From Raillietiella orientalis (Eukaryota): a stretch of 64,000 bases of DNA. The notes under the pieces were generated by a model that saw only the letters and a program-made list of their open reading frames with translations, was not told where the DNA came from and ran no database searches. Positions 27,101 to 39,789 of this stretch are shown here, piece by piece. The position numbers were made by a program, and so were the translations under genes. The stretch lies in assembly GCA_036172245.1 (NCBI GenBank), contig JAYWIR010000046.1:186001-250000 (forward strand), in the 5' to 3' direction. Position 1 is the first letter of the stretch. Each line of letters starts with the position of its first letter.

Positions 27101-30100
27101 ATGACATCATCATCATCTGATATTTTTTCAAATTTTTCGGAAATGATCTCATTTGCTTCATCGAAATTTAAGACATTTTCCAAACAAATATGTGTTGACA
27201 AACTCTATAACAGGAAAAATATGTGTCAATTTCATTCCCTGTTATATATCTTAGTGTGCATTTATTTTTATACCAATAGCATGATAAAGTTACAATCCTC
27301 TTATTTACAGGCAAGAAATTGAGGTATCATCATTTCACAGAAACACGTTGACATTGCTTAAAATTTCACAGAATTAACAGAAATTTGAATTAAGGAAGGC
27401 AGTAGCATACATACATATACACAGATACACATGCCCAAATGTACACATGTTTTCATGCCATTCACATTTAATGAAATCAGTAACACCTTATTCCCCAAAA
27501 GTAGTCCAAAATAACCTCTGGCTTTCATTGGAAAAAAAGCCAAATCATTTTCAAGGAAATTTTAAATGTTATTAGTTTGAAAATATCAATATGTTCAAAA
27601 GGCATGCCCAAAACATTTCCTTTGGCCATGGTCCAACAATCCGATAAGCATCACAATATCAAAAACAAGATCATTAACAACCCAATCTTTTTGTATCCCT
27701 TTTAGATGTCAAAGCAGAAGATAAGAACTAGATGATGTAAAACCTGCCCTTCGTTCTTACACAGGTCGTTTAAAATTTCACAAAACACTCAGCTGGTTTT
27801 CAAGCTGTAATTCCTACGACAGTTTAATATTACCATGAATTTTTGTGTTTTCCAAAACTGTTGTACTTGAACAATAGTTTGGAAAACATTAAAATGCCCT
27901 ATTTGTACAAAAGTTACTTCTACTGCATTGTTCCACTTCTTTTATCCTCTGATAAGTAATGCCATGTTGAAATTCTGTTGATCATCGAGCAAACAAGCTC
28001 ATGCATTTTTAATGTAAGATACGAAAAGCAAGATTCTTACACTGCAGAAGTGTTCACAATGGCATTCTAGATAGACAATACTTGGAATGGACTAATGAAA
28101 TTGCAAAGAATACCATTATAAGATGATTCCAATAGGAAGCATACACTAATTTGATAGCAACAAACCATATGAATGCCATTAAATAATGGAAAATGACTTT
28201 GGAAAAATAAGTTATTACAAGTTATTATAAGAGCAAATATAAAAAATGATTACATGAAATAAAAGCTTCTGAATAATATGATTATCTACAATAGGATAAC
28301 ACATGGGTAAAAAAGTACAATATCGACGATTTCAAATGAAAACATTTATTTACAATGAAACATTCGCTGTTCATGAATCAAAAATCAATATAAAAAACAC
28401 ATCTATTCCTAATAGATAATAAATAATTTTATTTATTTACTGTACATGAAAGATAGAAACCTCTGAAAAGTAGGGTCAAGATAGTTGAGTCCTTTATTGT
28501 AGAATATAAGTTAGAATTAGAAATTCTATGGAAAATATGACTTAATGACTCTCAAGAATAGTTAAGGTGACCACTACATTCCATATCCAAGTCTGATAAA
28601 ATTAATTCTCAATGATAAATTTATTCTATATCACTGAAAATGAAGAAATAGTGCTATTATTTAAGTTTAAGTATAAGACATCTAACAAAACTTTCCTAAA
28701 CAGCATAACATGCCATGAGTTAAAATGGGAAGTACTAATCAAATTTTAAAATAAATAAAACTCCAGGATACGCGCCTCATAATTTATATACCTCAGACTT
28801 CATCGCAATTTTAAGAAACTGATCACCAAACCTTAACTGTTGATCTTCAAATAGTAAATATGGAATCAATTTTCAAAAATTATACAAAACTGATAATACT
28901 GCCTTAATTTCATACCTTATTTCTGGCTTCTAATTCATCATAAATACTTAATAACATATTTCCAACATCCTCCCATGTTAGGTTGCTCAAAACAGAGCAA
29001 GGTTTGAATGGTTCTAGGGAACCAATTTCAGCATTCCTTATTTTTTGACTCTTTAGACTTATGATTTCATCAATGAATTTTTGACCATCTCCAGCTTTAT
29101 ATGGAAATTTTGTGAACAAAGGGCTTCTAACAAAAAATGCGGGCTATACTAATGGATTATATCCATGGTAAATTTATTTTTTTAAAAATGATTTAGTTTT
29201 TTTGGCACTGGCATTTTTGATAGTTTAAGCTCATGAGTACATTTATCAAATTTAATTATTTATGCTATATTTGAGCAGAAAAACAAAAATTAAAGTCACA
29301 AAAAATTAAAAAAAAATGAACTGGCCAATTATCTATATTTTATAATATATGAAAAATAACACTTATTTCACTTAAAAGCAAAATCAATGTTACAAAAAAT
29401 TGTGGCAAACAATGGATACATTATTTACCGTTTTGTAATTACATAATTCTGATTTGACACAACAACTAAAAACATCAGCCACCATAGATTACTTAGGAAA
29501 ACCAAATTGATGAACTAAATCCTTAACTCTAAATAACATTGAAATGTTTGTCAAACATCTGCACACCTAATTCCCAGTAAACTTTCTGCAAACGTCTTCA
29601 GAGAAACTTCTTCTTCAAATAATTTATCCCGCAGTACATGCCCTTTCAGATAACCTGGATCCTGTTGCAAACTCTGATTAATATATATCAAACAATTCAG
29701 ATGATCATTAAGCACATATAAAAGAGTGATGAGTTCATTCAAGCATGGCCAATGTTTAGGACTACACTTCAGTCCCTAAAACAGAGTAAGTATTCTTAGA
29801 AAACCAATGTATCATTTTGTGTTTACAAAATGTGATTAAACACACTTCAATGATCATCTACACTTCAAAGTTCAAATAACTCTCTTATACATGTAAAACT
29901 GATAACATCAAAGCACTCTTCTTAGATATATAACTATATTTCAAAATACTAAATTAAAGCTGCATAATTTAATAATGTTTTAGGTGAGAAAAACTATTCT
30001 TCATGAATAATGGTTTTGCTGTGTAGCTATTTATAATAATTAATTGCTCTGAAAAGCTTCAAAAAAATGAAAAAAAGAAAGACAAAATATTGGGATGGTT

Positions 30101-31182
30101 CATGTAGTGACAACTGAAGGAATGAAACTATACCTTTTGCACATAGGTAATCTTTAACATAAATTTCATGTATGTTGAACTGAAGGGTTTAAAAGCAAAA
30201 GAAATCAATTCCATGATTGATAATACATTAATTCTAAATATAACGTACTTTAATTCTGGGATGTACTCACTTCAATAAATGCAGTTCTTGCTAAGCAAAA
30301 ATCTCCAAGTTTTTTGGCAAGACATCCAGTTTTAAACCATACAGTCACATCATTTGAATCAATTGAGACTGCCTGAAATTTGTTAGACTGTATAAAATTA
30401 AGAACTATAAACCGGATGATATATCATTAGATGGAGATCATGAATTATTTAAAATTATTTATTAAACTTCTAATATAATGTCATTTATATAACATGTGGT
30501 CAAACAAATGCATCACAAAATGGTTCCATTTTTATCAGTTGTGTCTTTACAAGTACCATCAGTCAAAACTTTGATTAGCAAGAAAATTTGCATAACTATT
30601 ACAAAATAGCAACGAATACAAATGACTTTTACTGAAAATAATACATGTAAGCAGCAATAAATGTGTCACAATGCTAAAGATCCACAAAATAAAAACACCT
30701 TAAATTTGTTGGCTTACATTAAGAAGACAATCCAAAGCTATAGTTTCTTTTCCTTGAAAAATGAATATGTTGGCCAAATTTTTTAGACACAAATACTTCA
30801 AATGTTTCCGAGTCTGATGACAATCATCATTTTCTTTGATCTAAAATAAACAATATGCTTTAATTTGCAAAGTATCCTTCCTACCTCTTTTATAATGGAG
30901 GAATTCAACACTTTATTCAAACTTTCTAAAGCATCCTGAATTTTATCTTCATTCAGAAATTTTAGTGATTGATTGTATAATTTAAATGCTTCTTCTTCCT
31001 GGAAAAGACACCAAAACAAATTTCAAAAATTCATTCATTCAGAATTGCAAACTATTCCAAATTACAATACATGGAAAGTGAATTGTAAAAATAACCTGAG
31101 CTTCCTTTGAAACAATAACTACAGTTTCCTCTTCGATGCTGGAACCATCATTTGAATCATTAAGAGCTGCAATTTTTAACAT
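18119..31182 (-). CDS. CABIN1: Calcineurin-binding protein cabin-1 (HIRA complex subunit, TPR-rich), multi-exon
   Basis: ATG at 31182 (MLKIAALN..SKEAQEEEAFKLY). Checked exons: 31182-31096, 30998-30885, 30840-30718, 30372-30271, 29775-29567, 29126-28916, 27204-27063, 25635-25428, 25121-24861, 24694-24578, 23852-23669, and last exon 18997-18119; more exons lie between. Conserved motifs: DSNDVTVWFKTG, SPKHWPCL, KRRSSRVRS, ERWLHHYMLGKVAEK, VFYRLH, RFPHHYKSQYRLAH, RPGSFAAHMGRSIHLLL. Confidence 0.95.
21965..22041. repeat. ~80-bp intronic repeat, copy 1 (copy 2 at 22864-22945)
   Basis: ttgacatttaggatttacaaaaacactttcaacttcaaatctttgcattcaaat vs ttgacatttacgatttacaaaaacacttttaacttcgaatcattgcattcaaat, both followed by ..cat(a/g)caaacatca. 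Confidence 0.8.
22864..22945. repeat. ~80-bp intronic repeat, copy 2
   Basis: Direct-orientation match to 21965-22041 in a nearby Cabin1 intron. Confidence 0.8.
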
Positions 31183-33899
31183 TTTCAAACATTCATTTTA
31201 TAAATATCCTTCTATGCTATGGCAGAAACATCAAGTGTTTATACGCCAAAAAATCGAATAAAAAATGCTAAGGCATGTACTTGGCTATAGACTGAACATG
31301 CAATTTTGAAAAATACTGCAGCATGATTTGTTGATCATATTTATTTTAAAGATCCACTTCCTTGTCACTTTTTCAACTATTCATGATAGTTTAGATGATC
31401 GATTTTAAAATCTGTTTCACGCATTGAGAAGACAAAATAATCAGTACATACAGACTAGAATGGAAATAAAATCACAGTAAGCAAAATGCATTAAATTGCA
31501 TATCGTATGACACTCAAACAGAAACTTATGAAGGGTTGTGACAGTGAATTTCAAAACGCACCGAGTACACAGGCTCACAATCAATCACTTGCTTAACAGT
31601 ACAACAACTCTTAAAATTGGTCACTTTTTTGGCTTGAATTCAACATCTTTGGGTATTAATGAATTTTCCCTACACCAAATGAATATAATTATTTTATACT
31701 ACATGCATCAAAAGGATCTATCTATTAAGCACGTACACTTCAACATAATTCTACGTAAAAAAAAAAAAATGCAACTCACATAGGATGAAACTATTTTCAT
31801 CTGAAATAACCAACACCAAAATTCATCAAGTGCAACTTATTCTCAATGCCAGGAAAATGAAGAGTTAATAAGGTTGAAAACTGTAGAAATCATGTTAAAA
31901 TCTCCACAGACACCCTCCATCCCCCCCCCCTTCTCAATTTCAAAATAGGATTAAAATTTTCAACGTTACAAGTAAATTCACCGAAAGATCGCATAAGTGT
32001 TGAAAATCCAAACCGTTAGTATTACTCATAACTAATAAGCTTCTGGGCTGCTGAATCGTTTCAACAGAGTATTCTTTTTATTTAATCACATAGTGATTCA
32101 GTTTATCATTTTACTGTTTTCGAAACGCTGTTATCGTATATTTACTACATATTAAGCAATTACTTTCACTTCAGGAAACACTTTATGCCACTACTTGATT
32201 GCTGCATTAGCGAGTGGGACATGCTTCAAAAGGAAACTATTCCTAACACAACACAAACAACGCATTCTACTGCATAAACACGGTTTCCAACGGTGGAAGC
32301 TATACAGAAAAGACGTGGCAATAAGCAAGGGAAGAAAGAGAAGACAAAAAACAGGACAACTAGCGGGCACATGCAACAGAAGGCGATTTAATGTATCAAT
32401 TAAAAGAGTGATTTCACACATAGCAATAGGACTTTCTCGAGGATCTACATTGCCAGTTTGCATTTCGTACACAGGCACCGTTCCCGTGTGCTGATACTTA
32501 ACTTGGATTTAAGGGTGCCTCTTTCGTCGTATAAAAGTTAAATATATCAATTGCTGGAAGGACCTATAGCACTTCTTTAAGTACTGGATTTTGCGAAAGA
32601 CGGTAATGCTGTCTTTTGAAATCCGTGTGTGTCACTGAAACCTAACAAAATCCAGCCACAGTATTCATGGAATATGTGTTCTCGACTTTCGGTTACTTTT
32701 ACAGTAATTTCAATAGCCAACAGTGATCTACTACATTCTCTTATTTGTTTATAATCTTGTTTAGGAAATCAAGGGATACTACTAATTCAGAATCCCTTCT
32801 AATGAAAAGGTCGAACAATTCCTATTGATTAAAAAGTCCTTTGTAATGTTGTTGTTATTGTTTTTTACAAATTAAAAAAGAAGATTAAAAGTGAGTTTTT
32901 GTGAAGAATTCGAAATCTTTGAAGAGCGATCTGTATACCAAACATTTTCTGAAAGCGAAATTTTTTTCTTTTTCAAGCAAATGAACGAAAGTGAAAACAC
33001 AAAAATGATTGAAAGAAGAATGTCCATCAGGAGGAAGATAGTGTTAACTGAAGAACCAAGATCTTTGTTGTATAGTCATGGTTGGTCATTTGGCTGTACA
33101 GTATATTTTTAGAGTGCTTTTAAGGGCTCTGTCGAACGATAGCCAGAATCTTAGAAGAATTTTGCAACAGTCAAGTGAAGCAAATCATTCTGTTATTAAT
33201 GTATCATTTAAAATTCTATAATATACATGCAACTATGAATTTCGTATACAAGGGGAGATTTCAAAATATAGATGATTTCCCATGATAATATGAATACGTT
33301 TGAACGTAAATATAAATTGTTTAGCAGACTACTTTTCTTTTAATAATGATCTAAAAAACCACTAAATCAGCAATAGTCATTTCGCATGCACAAGTATACA
33401 CCAGCATTTCCCATACTTTTCTTATGACGGAACACTTCACAAATCCTGAATTTTAACGGAATACCTTGGTTATTTTATAGGGTAGGTACATACTGATAAT
33501 AAATGAATTAAGCAAGTAAATATAAGAGTTCAGAGAACAAAACAAACATTTATTCTCAAATTTTAATTATGTAAAATCTTCATAATTTTTCACGAAACAC
33601 TTATTAACTTTCCGTTAACATAGTTTGGGAAACGCTGTGTACTACACGATCACACTATACACAATATGCAGACCAAGTGATACAGTAAAAGAATTATAGT
33701 AATGGATAGTTAATTTAAAACATCTTTGTTTGGATAAATTTTAGAATGTAACTAGGAATATGAAAATAAATCACAGAAAGTGTATTCCGAAGATATCAAG
33801 ACTAAAGAAAGAAAAGGGATAATGAAACTCAGATGAGGTATATGATCTGAAATAGTCACATGTCTTTTTTAGTTTTCATCAAGAATGATATTCTAGATT

Positions 33900-35200
33900 A
33901 TACAGAGATAATTAGGGAAGTTGATGCGAAAGAGAATTTTTGTTTTCACCGGAGTTTTTTTTTTTCGTTTTCAATGGTGGGTTCATGTTACTGAAATATG
34001 TGATATCAGGGACTTTCGTACCACCAATTCTAATGTGCTGATGACAACTGACGCAAATTTTGCCTAATGTTCCAAATATTTCTTTTTTCCCTTTGTTAAA
34101 GAGGATAATGTGAGATGTAATTCAGAATCATGGATGAATGAGGATAAAGATGCCCGCAAAATCAGAGTAGGTCCTGAAACAGGACGGAATCGAGCAACAA
34201 TGGGTTAAAATTTTGATCGAATAGGCATGTGGTGATGACCCCAGCTAGAACACGTTGTGCTGGAATTAGGGCAGCAATGATGACAATAAATCCTAGTAGA
34301 AGGGGTGTTTCCGAAGAGGGTTATATTTGAAGGTCGTATGTTGATGATGTTGGTAGTGGAGTTGATCGCTTTGACAATTGATGAAATCCCCCTAGATGGA
34401 GGGGGAAGATGGCGGGATCAAGTCTTTATAGATGGACTGAAAGGAAATGTTACTGAATGGTTCAGTCTTCTCTTAGTATGCATATAATGTTCTGAGTAGT
34501 GTTATAGTAGAAGCTGGTGGTAGGATCTAGAATCTGAATGTTTGGTCGTGGCAATGCTATGGTTGGTATTTCTAGTATTAGGAAGGTTAGACGATTCCGG
34601 AGACAACTACTATAGCTGGTTTTACCAGGAATACGATTATGGTTAGAACATGGGCGCTCATGAGTCCGTGATAAGAGTTCCTTGTTGTTAATGAAAGCTG
34701 AATTTGGGGGTTCTGAGTGAATGACAAATCTTCAAGAGATAGCTAGTATGTTGACTTAAATTATGAAGATAAACCAGGATGTTTCAATATTTTTATAGTT
34801 TCTGGATATAACTCACCTTCGTAAAAAGTCCATACAACTTTAGATTTCTAAGTTTGGAAGTTAGTAGTTCATTTCACTTCATCTTTTGTTAACTAAAGGT
34901 GGCTCAGTGTACACAGTAGTGTTTGATTCTAGAAAACATCACTAATGTAACCTGCAGATAAAAAGGCTGAGAAGAACGGTAAGTTTTAAATTTATTTATG
35001 ATTAAATCTTTTATTATGAGTTTAGATGGAAAGGTAGGATGTGTTCTTGAACTTGAAGAATTGCAAATTCTCTGTAATACGGGAATAGAGGTAAGAATAA
35101 AAAAATTGGGGGTTGATGTCAAGATTAGAAGACGACGTAGGCTAGGAGTTGGAATGTAAGGGGTTTCAGAGGAGGAAGGGGAAAGATACAAAGAGTACGA
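33900..35200 (-). mobile_element. Possible very old LINE (APE-type) relic
   Basis: Strong strand skew (C/A-rich minus strand) and weak APE-like words (PPPSRG, IYCH, GPTLILRA); no intact ORF. Confidence 0.2.
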
Positions 35201-36062
35201 TTGCCAGAGGAATGCGGTCAATTCCGAGGATACTCAACTGAGCAGAAATCCCGGGAAGCAAGGTGCGTTCCAGGCGCTAGATATCAGGAAAAATCAGAGA
35301 AAGAGCGCATTTAATTTAACAATTAAATTACAGGGGGCAACAGAGTAATAGGTATTTTTTTTAAATATAAAAGTATAAATTTTATTGAGTTTAAAAAGTC
35401 GATGAGGAGATATGCAATTCATATGAAGGGAAAAGAATTTCTTGCTGGCGCTTTTCATGCTATGTGGGAAAATTGATGAGTAGCTTATTAGTCGGATAGA
35501 TGGGGTGGATGATGCTTACTTGGGAGATGATATTGGAAGTGAAATTTAAAAAAAGGCGCTATCTGAGGAGAACGGCGAAGAATGCATCCTAATTGTTAAA
35601 GTAATTGTGATCTTGGAATTAAGGAAAGGTCACCAAAGAGAGGATTCCATTTTTCACGAAGTATCAACTGCGACCTTGACCTTGAGATAGGTAACCATAA
35701 GATGAAGATTCATAGTAACAGTCTGTTCGACTGAGACGAGTGATTTGAGCTGAGATCGCGTAAGCCAGATTGTTTTCTCTCTTTAGAACCTCGTACTCGT
35801 TGTGCATCTATCCACAAAGAATACCGAAAGAAATGCTGCACCTATTTCTTCTGAACATGATGCGCAAATGCACCTTGCAAGCAAGACGTGTTTCATAGTC
35901 CGATACGTTTCTACGCCCAAGATTCATGTGTGCTCACTCCGGAGTCAGCAAAACCGAAGCTAACCATTTTTGGAAACTAGAGCTTTACGTCAAGTTGCAG
36001 AGCTCAGTGCCCAGGAAGATGCCCGTCACAATCATCGATTCAACGACTGCACTTCTTCCCTT

Positions 36063-37703
36063 TTATCCGCAGAAAAACAGCAACGGTCTGCACAGAGATC
36101 GCTTTATTTGCACGCAGAAGGTGCATCTGCATCTGTCGATCCCGTGTACAATACATTTATTGCTGGCATTAGCCAGCTGACATGCGTATTCAACTCTGGA
36201 TTGGTTCTTACTGTAAACTAAAAAAAGCCATAGTTTCGATGTTGAGACAACGTCGATAGCTCTCCTAGGAATTCTTGCACTCTTAAAGTGTGGAGTCTTC
36301 AAGACACACTTTTAAGAAACCACAGCGTCATCTCCAGTCCTTCTGCTGAAAACTTATACAAATCGATATCCTCCAACACCCGATGTTTCTGCAGAACATC
36401 GCTCCTCATAAAAGAGCCTGTGACGTGTGGAAATCCCTGTCGTGGAGATATTTAATCATAGGTATCCAGCAGTCTCTCTACCTTTGTGAAAATCCCGATT
36501 CCGTAGAAAACCTTTCTGGTAAAGGGAAGCATGGATCCAAACACTCTTATGGGAGCAGCATTCGAGGTTCCCGAATGTTCGGCGAACTTAGAGCACTTTG
36601 CATTGGAGCCTTTGTCTTTACACCAAATCACCACTCTAAATGGGGTGTTTCCGGGAAGAGGCTTGGAGAAAGTTACACCGTGGAAAAAGGAATCCTCTCT
36701 CAATTGCAGTCTTCTCGCCATCGATATACTGAAAACACTTCTTTGATATTTGAACTTACTGGAAGCCACCAAATCTTTCTGATTCCCAAGGATGCACAGG
36801 GAAAAAACCAGAAATTCCAAAACACTTGGATGGAGATCTGGGAGTAGCAGGAAATCCAAGGCACGATCCCTCCTTTTGCAGGGCAATGTGGAGAAGAAGT
36901 TGGAATGCTCTCTCATCTCCCAGAAGGTCTGAGTCTTCGTATATTTTGGCAAGTTCTTTGGCAGACAACAAAGGGAAACGGATGAGTTGGATGACATCAC
37001 GGCAATCATCCGGATGTTCTTTCTGCCATCTCGACACTGCGTAGGCGATGTCTATTTCTTGCACTGCAAGCGTATTCCGACTCAGCAGCCGAAGCAGCAT
37101 ATCCTTCGAGATGTTCACGAAATCCATCGATTCCAGCATTAAAGGTGCCACTTCGTCAATATAATCCATGCATTCTTCTGAAAAATTGAATTCCTCTAAC
37201 AGCTCGGAAACGTGCACAAGCTCCAAGGAGTTGTCCGGATTTCTCCTTTCTCTCATGATATTCAAGCAGCTCGTTTTCAAATTGGGGATCAAATACTTGT
37301 TAGCCGCGTACAAAGTATTGGAGACAGTGCCCAAACAACTCTGGCTAGGTCCATCATCCGTGTACAAGAAGTGAATCAAATTGTTCATCGCCTCCAAACT
37401 GATATCTGGAACCTCCACGAAGAAACCGGTGTTAGATGAGAGTTTTCCGTAGAACATCTTATGGAAAACGGGACTGCCAGCTGCTAGCAACAGCCGGTGA
37501 GCATGGATCTTCTCTCTCTTTTTGCCACAGAGAAAGCAAACATCGCACAAGAGTTGCTCCTCCAACATCTCCTTAAATCTGTCTTTCGTTGTTGCTGTGT
37601 AGTTCTTCAAAACCTTAGTAGAGTTCAAACACGTCATACGTAGCTCACTGAAACACTCTCCTCCCTCGGTGCTCGTTGACTCGTCTTTCTTCGTTTCGCT
37701 CAT
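36063..37703 (-). CDS. BTB/POZ-BACK domain protein (BTBD1/2/3/6-like N-terminus), probably extended by short introns into an NHR-like C-terminal region
   Basis: Intact 315-aa ORF 37703-36756: LCDVCFLCG..IHAHRLLLAAGSPVFHKMFYG..EVPDISLEAMNNLIHFLYTD..TLYAANKYLIPNLKTSC (BTB); VQEIDIAYAVSRW..IRFPLLS (BACK). The ORF stop lies inside a GTAAGT donor. Putative introns at 36759-36729 and 36481-36437. The 3' end is uncertain. Confidence 0.88.
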
Positions 37704-38619
37704 TATGGAGGCAAACCAAATGAGGAAAGGTAGAGCTTACAGAGCTTAAAGTACTGATACAAAGCAGATTTCAGTAGAAGGGATGAAAAGAAAGGTGAAA
37801 GAACTAAAGTGCTACTCACAGCAGAGATGGAACTCGGAAGAGACGGTGCGAGATCCTTAGAGAGGGTACAGGATACAAAAAAACACGTATACTCTCTCCG
37901 GCAAGAAAATGCATGGAAATGGCACCGAAGTTCAGTTGGTGGAGGCAACTTTATGTTGACTCAGAGAGGACTCGTTTTCTTTTCTGGAAAAAGCAGTGTT
38001 GGCGATTCCGAAGAAGCGGAAGTATCATTTCCGTGGGTGCAGGAATCGACGCACACACATGCCGTAGCAGCACGAGAAGTGCAAATCCGTTGCTTCTCCG
38101 TCCATTTCTCGAAATGAACAAAGAATTTCAGTGTTTCTCGAAATATTCCACGGTATTGCGGTGTCCGTCGGTTGGCAATAGTTTTCCAAACTGTCTTCGC
38201 GGACGTACACGGGTTCCTTGAAGAAAGGGTGAAAGCGCAGTGCTCGGCACCTCACGAGACCCACCTCCTGCGTAAGATAGAGGTAATGAAGAAAGTGCTC
38301 CCAATCAATTCGAGGAAAGGCCAAGAGCATTCTTAGCATAGGTTCTATGAGGTACCGCAACTACGATGGAGAGAGACTCGCTCCACTTATCGCAAGTCGC
38401 GGAATGTAGGGTTCCGTTCTTTTTGCAAAAGTTGGCGTGCCGAGCAATTGCGAAGCGTTGGAGACTGGGAAGCGAGCACGTGGTCATAGGGGTGCTGAAG
38501 TAGTAGCCTCAGTTTTGAGTTGTTTGTGCATAACCTGTCAAATTCCAATTCGGTTTGCTTTTGTGTATCCTGAAATTGAAGTGCCATTATGATGTGTTTG
38601 GAGTGCCACTTGCAAGCTT

Positions 38620-39230
38620 TCTTTGAAATGCACTTCTCATCGGTTATCTTGTATCAATGACCAAAGAGCTCCGCGCAAAGCAGCGATGACCCCGCGACAG
38701 GCATCGCTTGCTTCCTTGCGCTATCTGGAGAGGCGGCGACGCACTGCTCCGTGGCACGACTCGGAGGGTCCCCCGCGCAACAGGGGGGGAGTCCGCTCCG
38801 TTAACAACTGGAGAGGTGCCTATGAAGGCTCCTTGCTCCATCTTAAACCAATGGGGTCCCTCCGGTGTGGGGGCTCCGCTCTCCGTTGTACGACCGGAAG
38901 GCTAATCCCCATTCCTTGATTCCTGGAAGGATCCGAAGGTCAACTCCCATTGTTCCGGTCTTCATCGGGGACCTCCGATTTTAACCGCTACCGGTGCCAA
39001 GCCCGAATGTTTAGGACAACCAGCGCCCTTGCAGGAGAAACTCGGAACCCAACGACGCAGTGGCGTCAGTTTCTGCCGGAGCATTCGAGCCCGCAATTCA
39101 TGGTACCACGCGTGGAAGCCTTAACCACAAAGCCTTCAACGCGGGCAAGAATCGGAAAAGATGAAATTGAGAGGACCACCCCTCCTCCCGGAGAGAATAA
39201 GGAAGAAGATTCCCTTCGGGGTTCCCCTTC
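38620..39230 (+). mobile_element. Degenerate APE endonuclease fragment of a non-LTR retrotransposon
   Basis: Ordered APE-like words across frames: RNRGGVRSV, EGSLLHL, PIVPVFIGDL (GDFN-like), STRARIG (SRID-like). Confidence 0.4.
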
Positions 39231-39789
39231 GTAGACAACCAGGGTGGGAGGTAAGATCCGGACAAGGGGATCCCTCCCAATGAGTGAGAGGAACGGAATC
39301 CAAGCCCTTCCTGGATTCTTAGGGCAGACCCCTTTCCGGGGTGCCCCTATCCTGAAGAATACACTGAAGAATTACTCGCACCAGCGGGTGGCCGCTGGTA
39401 GCGTGGATCAAAAGCAGTGCTAAAGAGCCACGTGCTCCGCGAGGCACGCGACCGGCTCTTGAGATATTTAGCGACAGGCGTCGCTGGAGTCATCACCGCT
39501 TTTGACACTTTTTAAGTAAATGAAGAGCATACGTGCGTATCTGATGAGGCTAGTTGAACATCGTGGTGCGTGAACTGGTTGCAATTGCAAACTGAAGACC
39601 GAAGAAACCACGCATTGCGCTTCATAGTTGCAATCAAAGAGTCAATGTGACTTGCAAGTACGGTTTTCTTCTATTCGGGTCTGACAATCTGCCCTCCCCC
39701 TTGGGCAGTGCCTTCTATTTTTTTCAGGATGTAAAGTTGGGTGAGGCACGCGACCGGCTCTCAGGTACTTAGCGAACCAAAAAAAAAAA

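Noticed and set aside
36230..36295. Plus-strand SFDVETTSIALLGIL resembling a thioester-protein (A2M) motif
   Set aside because: Flanked by stops in both paralogs with no other A2M motifs; better explained as the antisense shadow of the BTB-gene tail.
39541..39610. CTGATGAG hammerhead-like core (also at ~54119 and ~54367)
   Set aside because: No convincing stem II plus GAAA and closing stems could be built.
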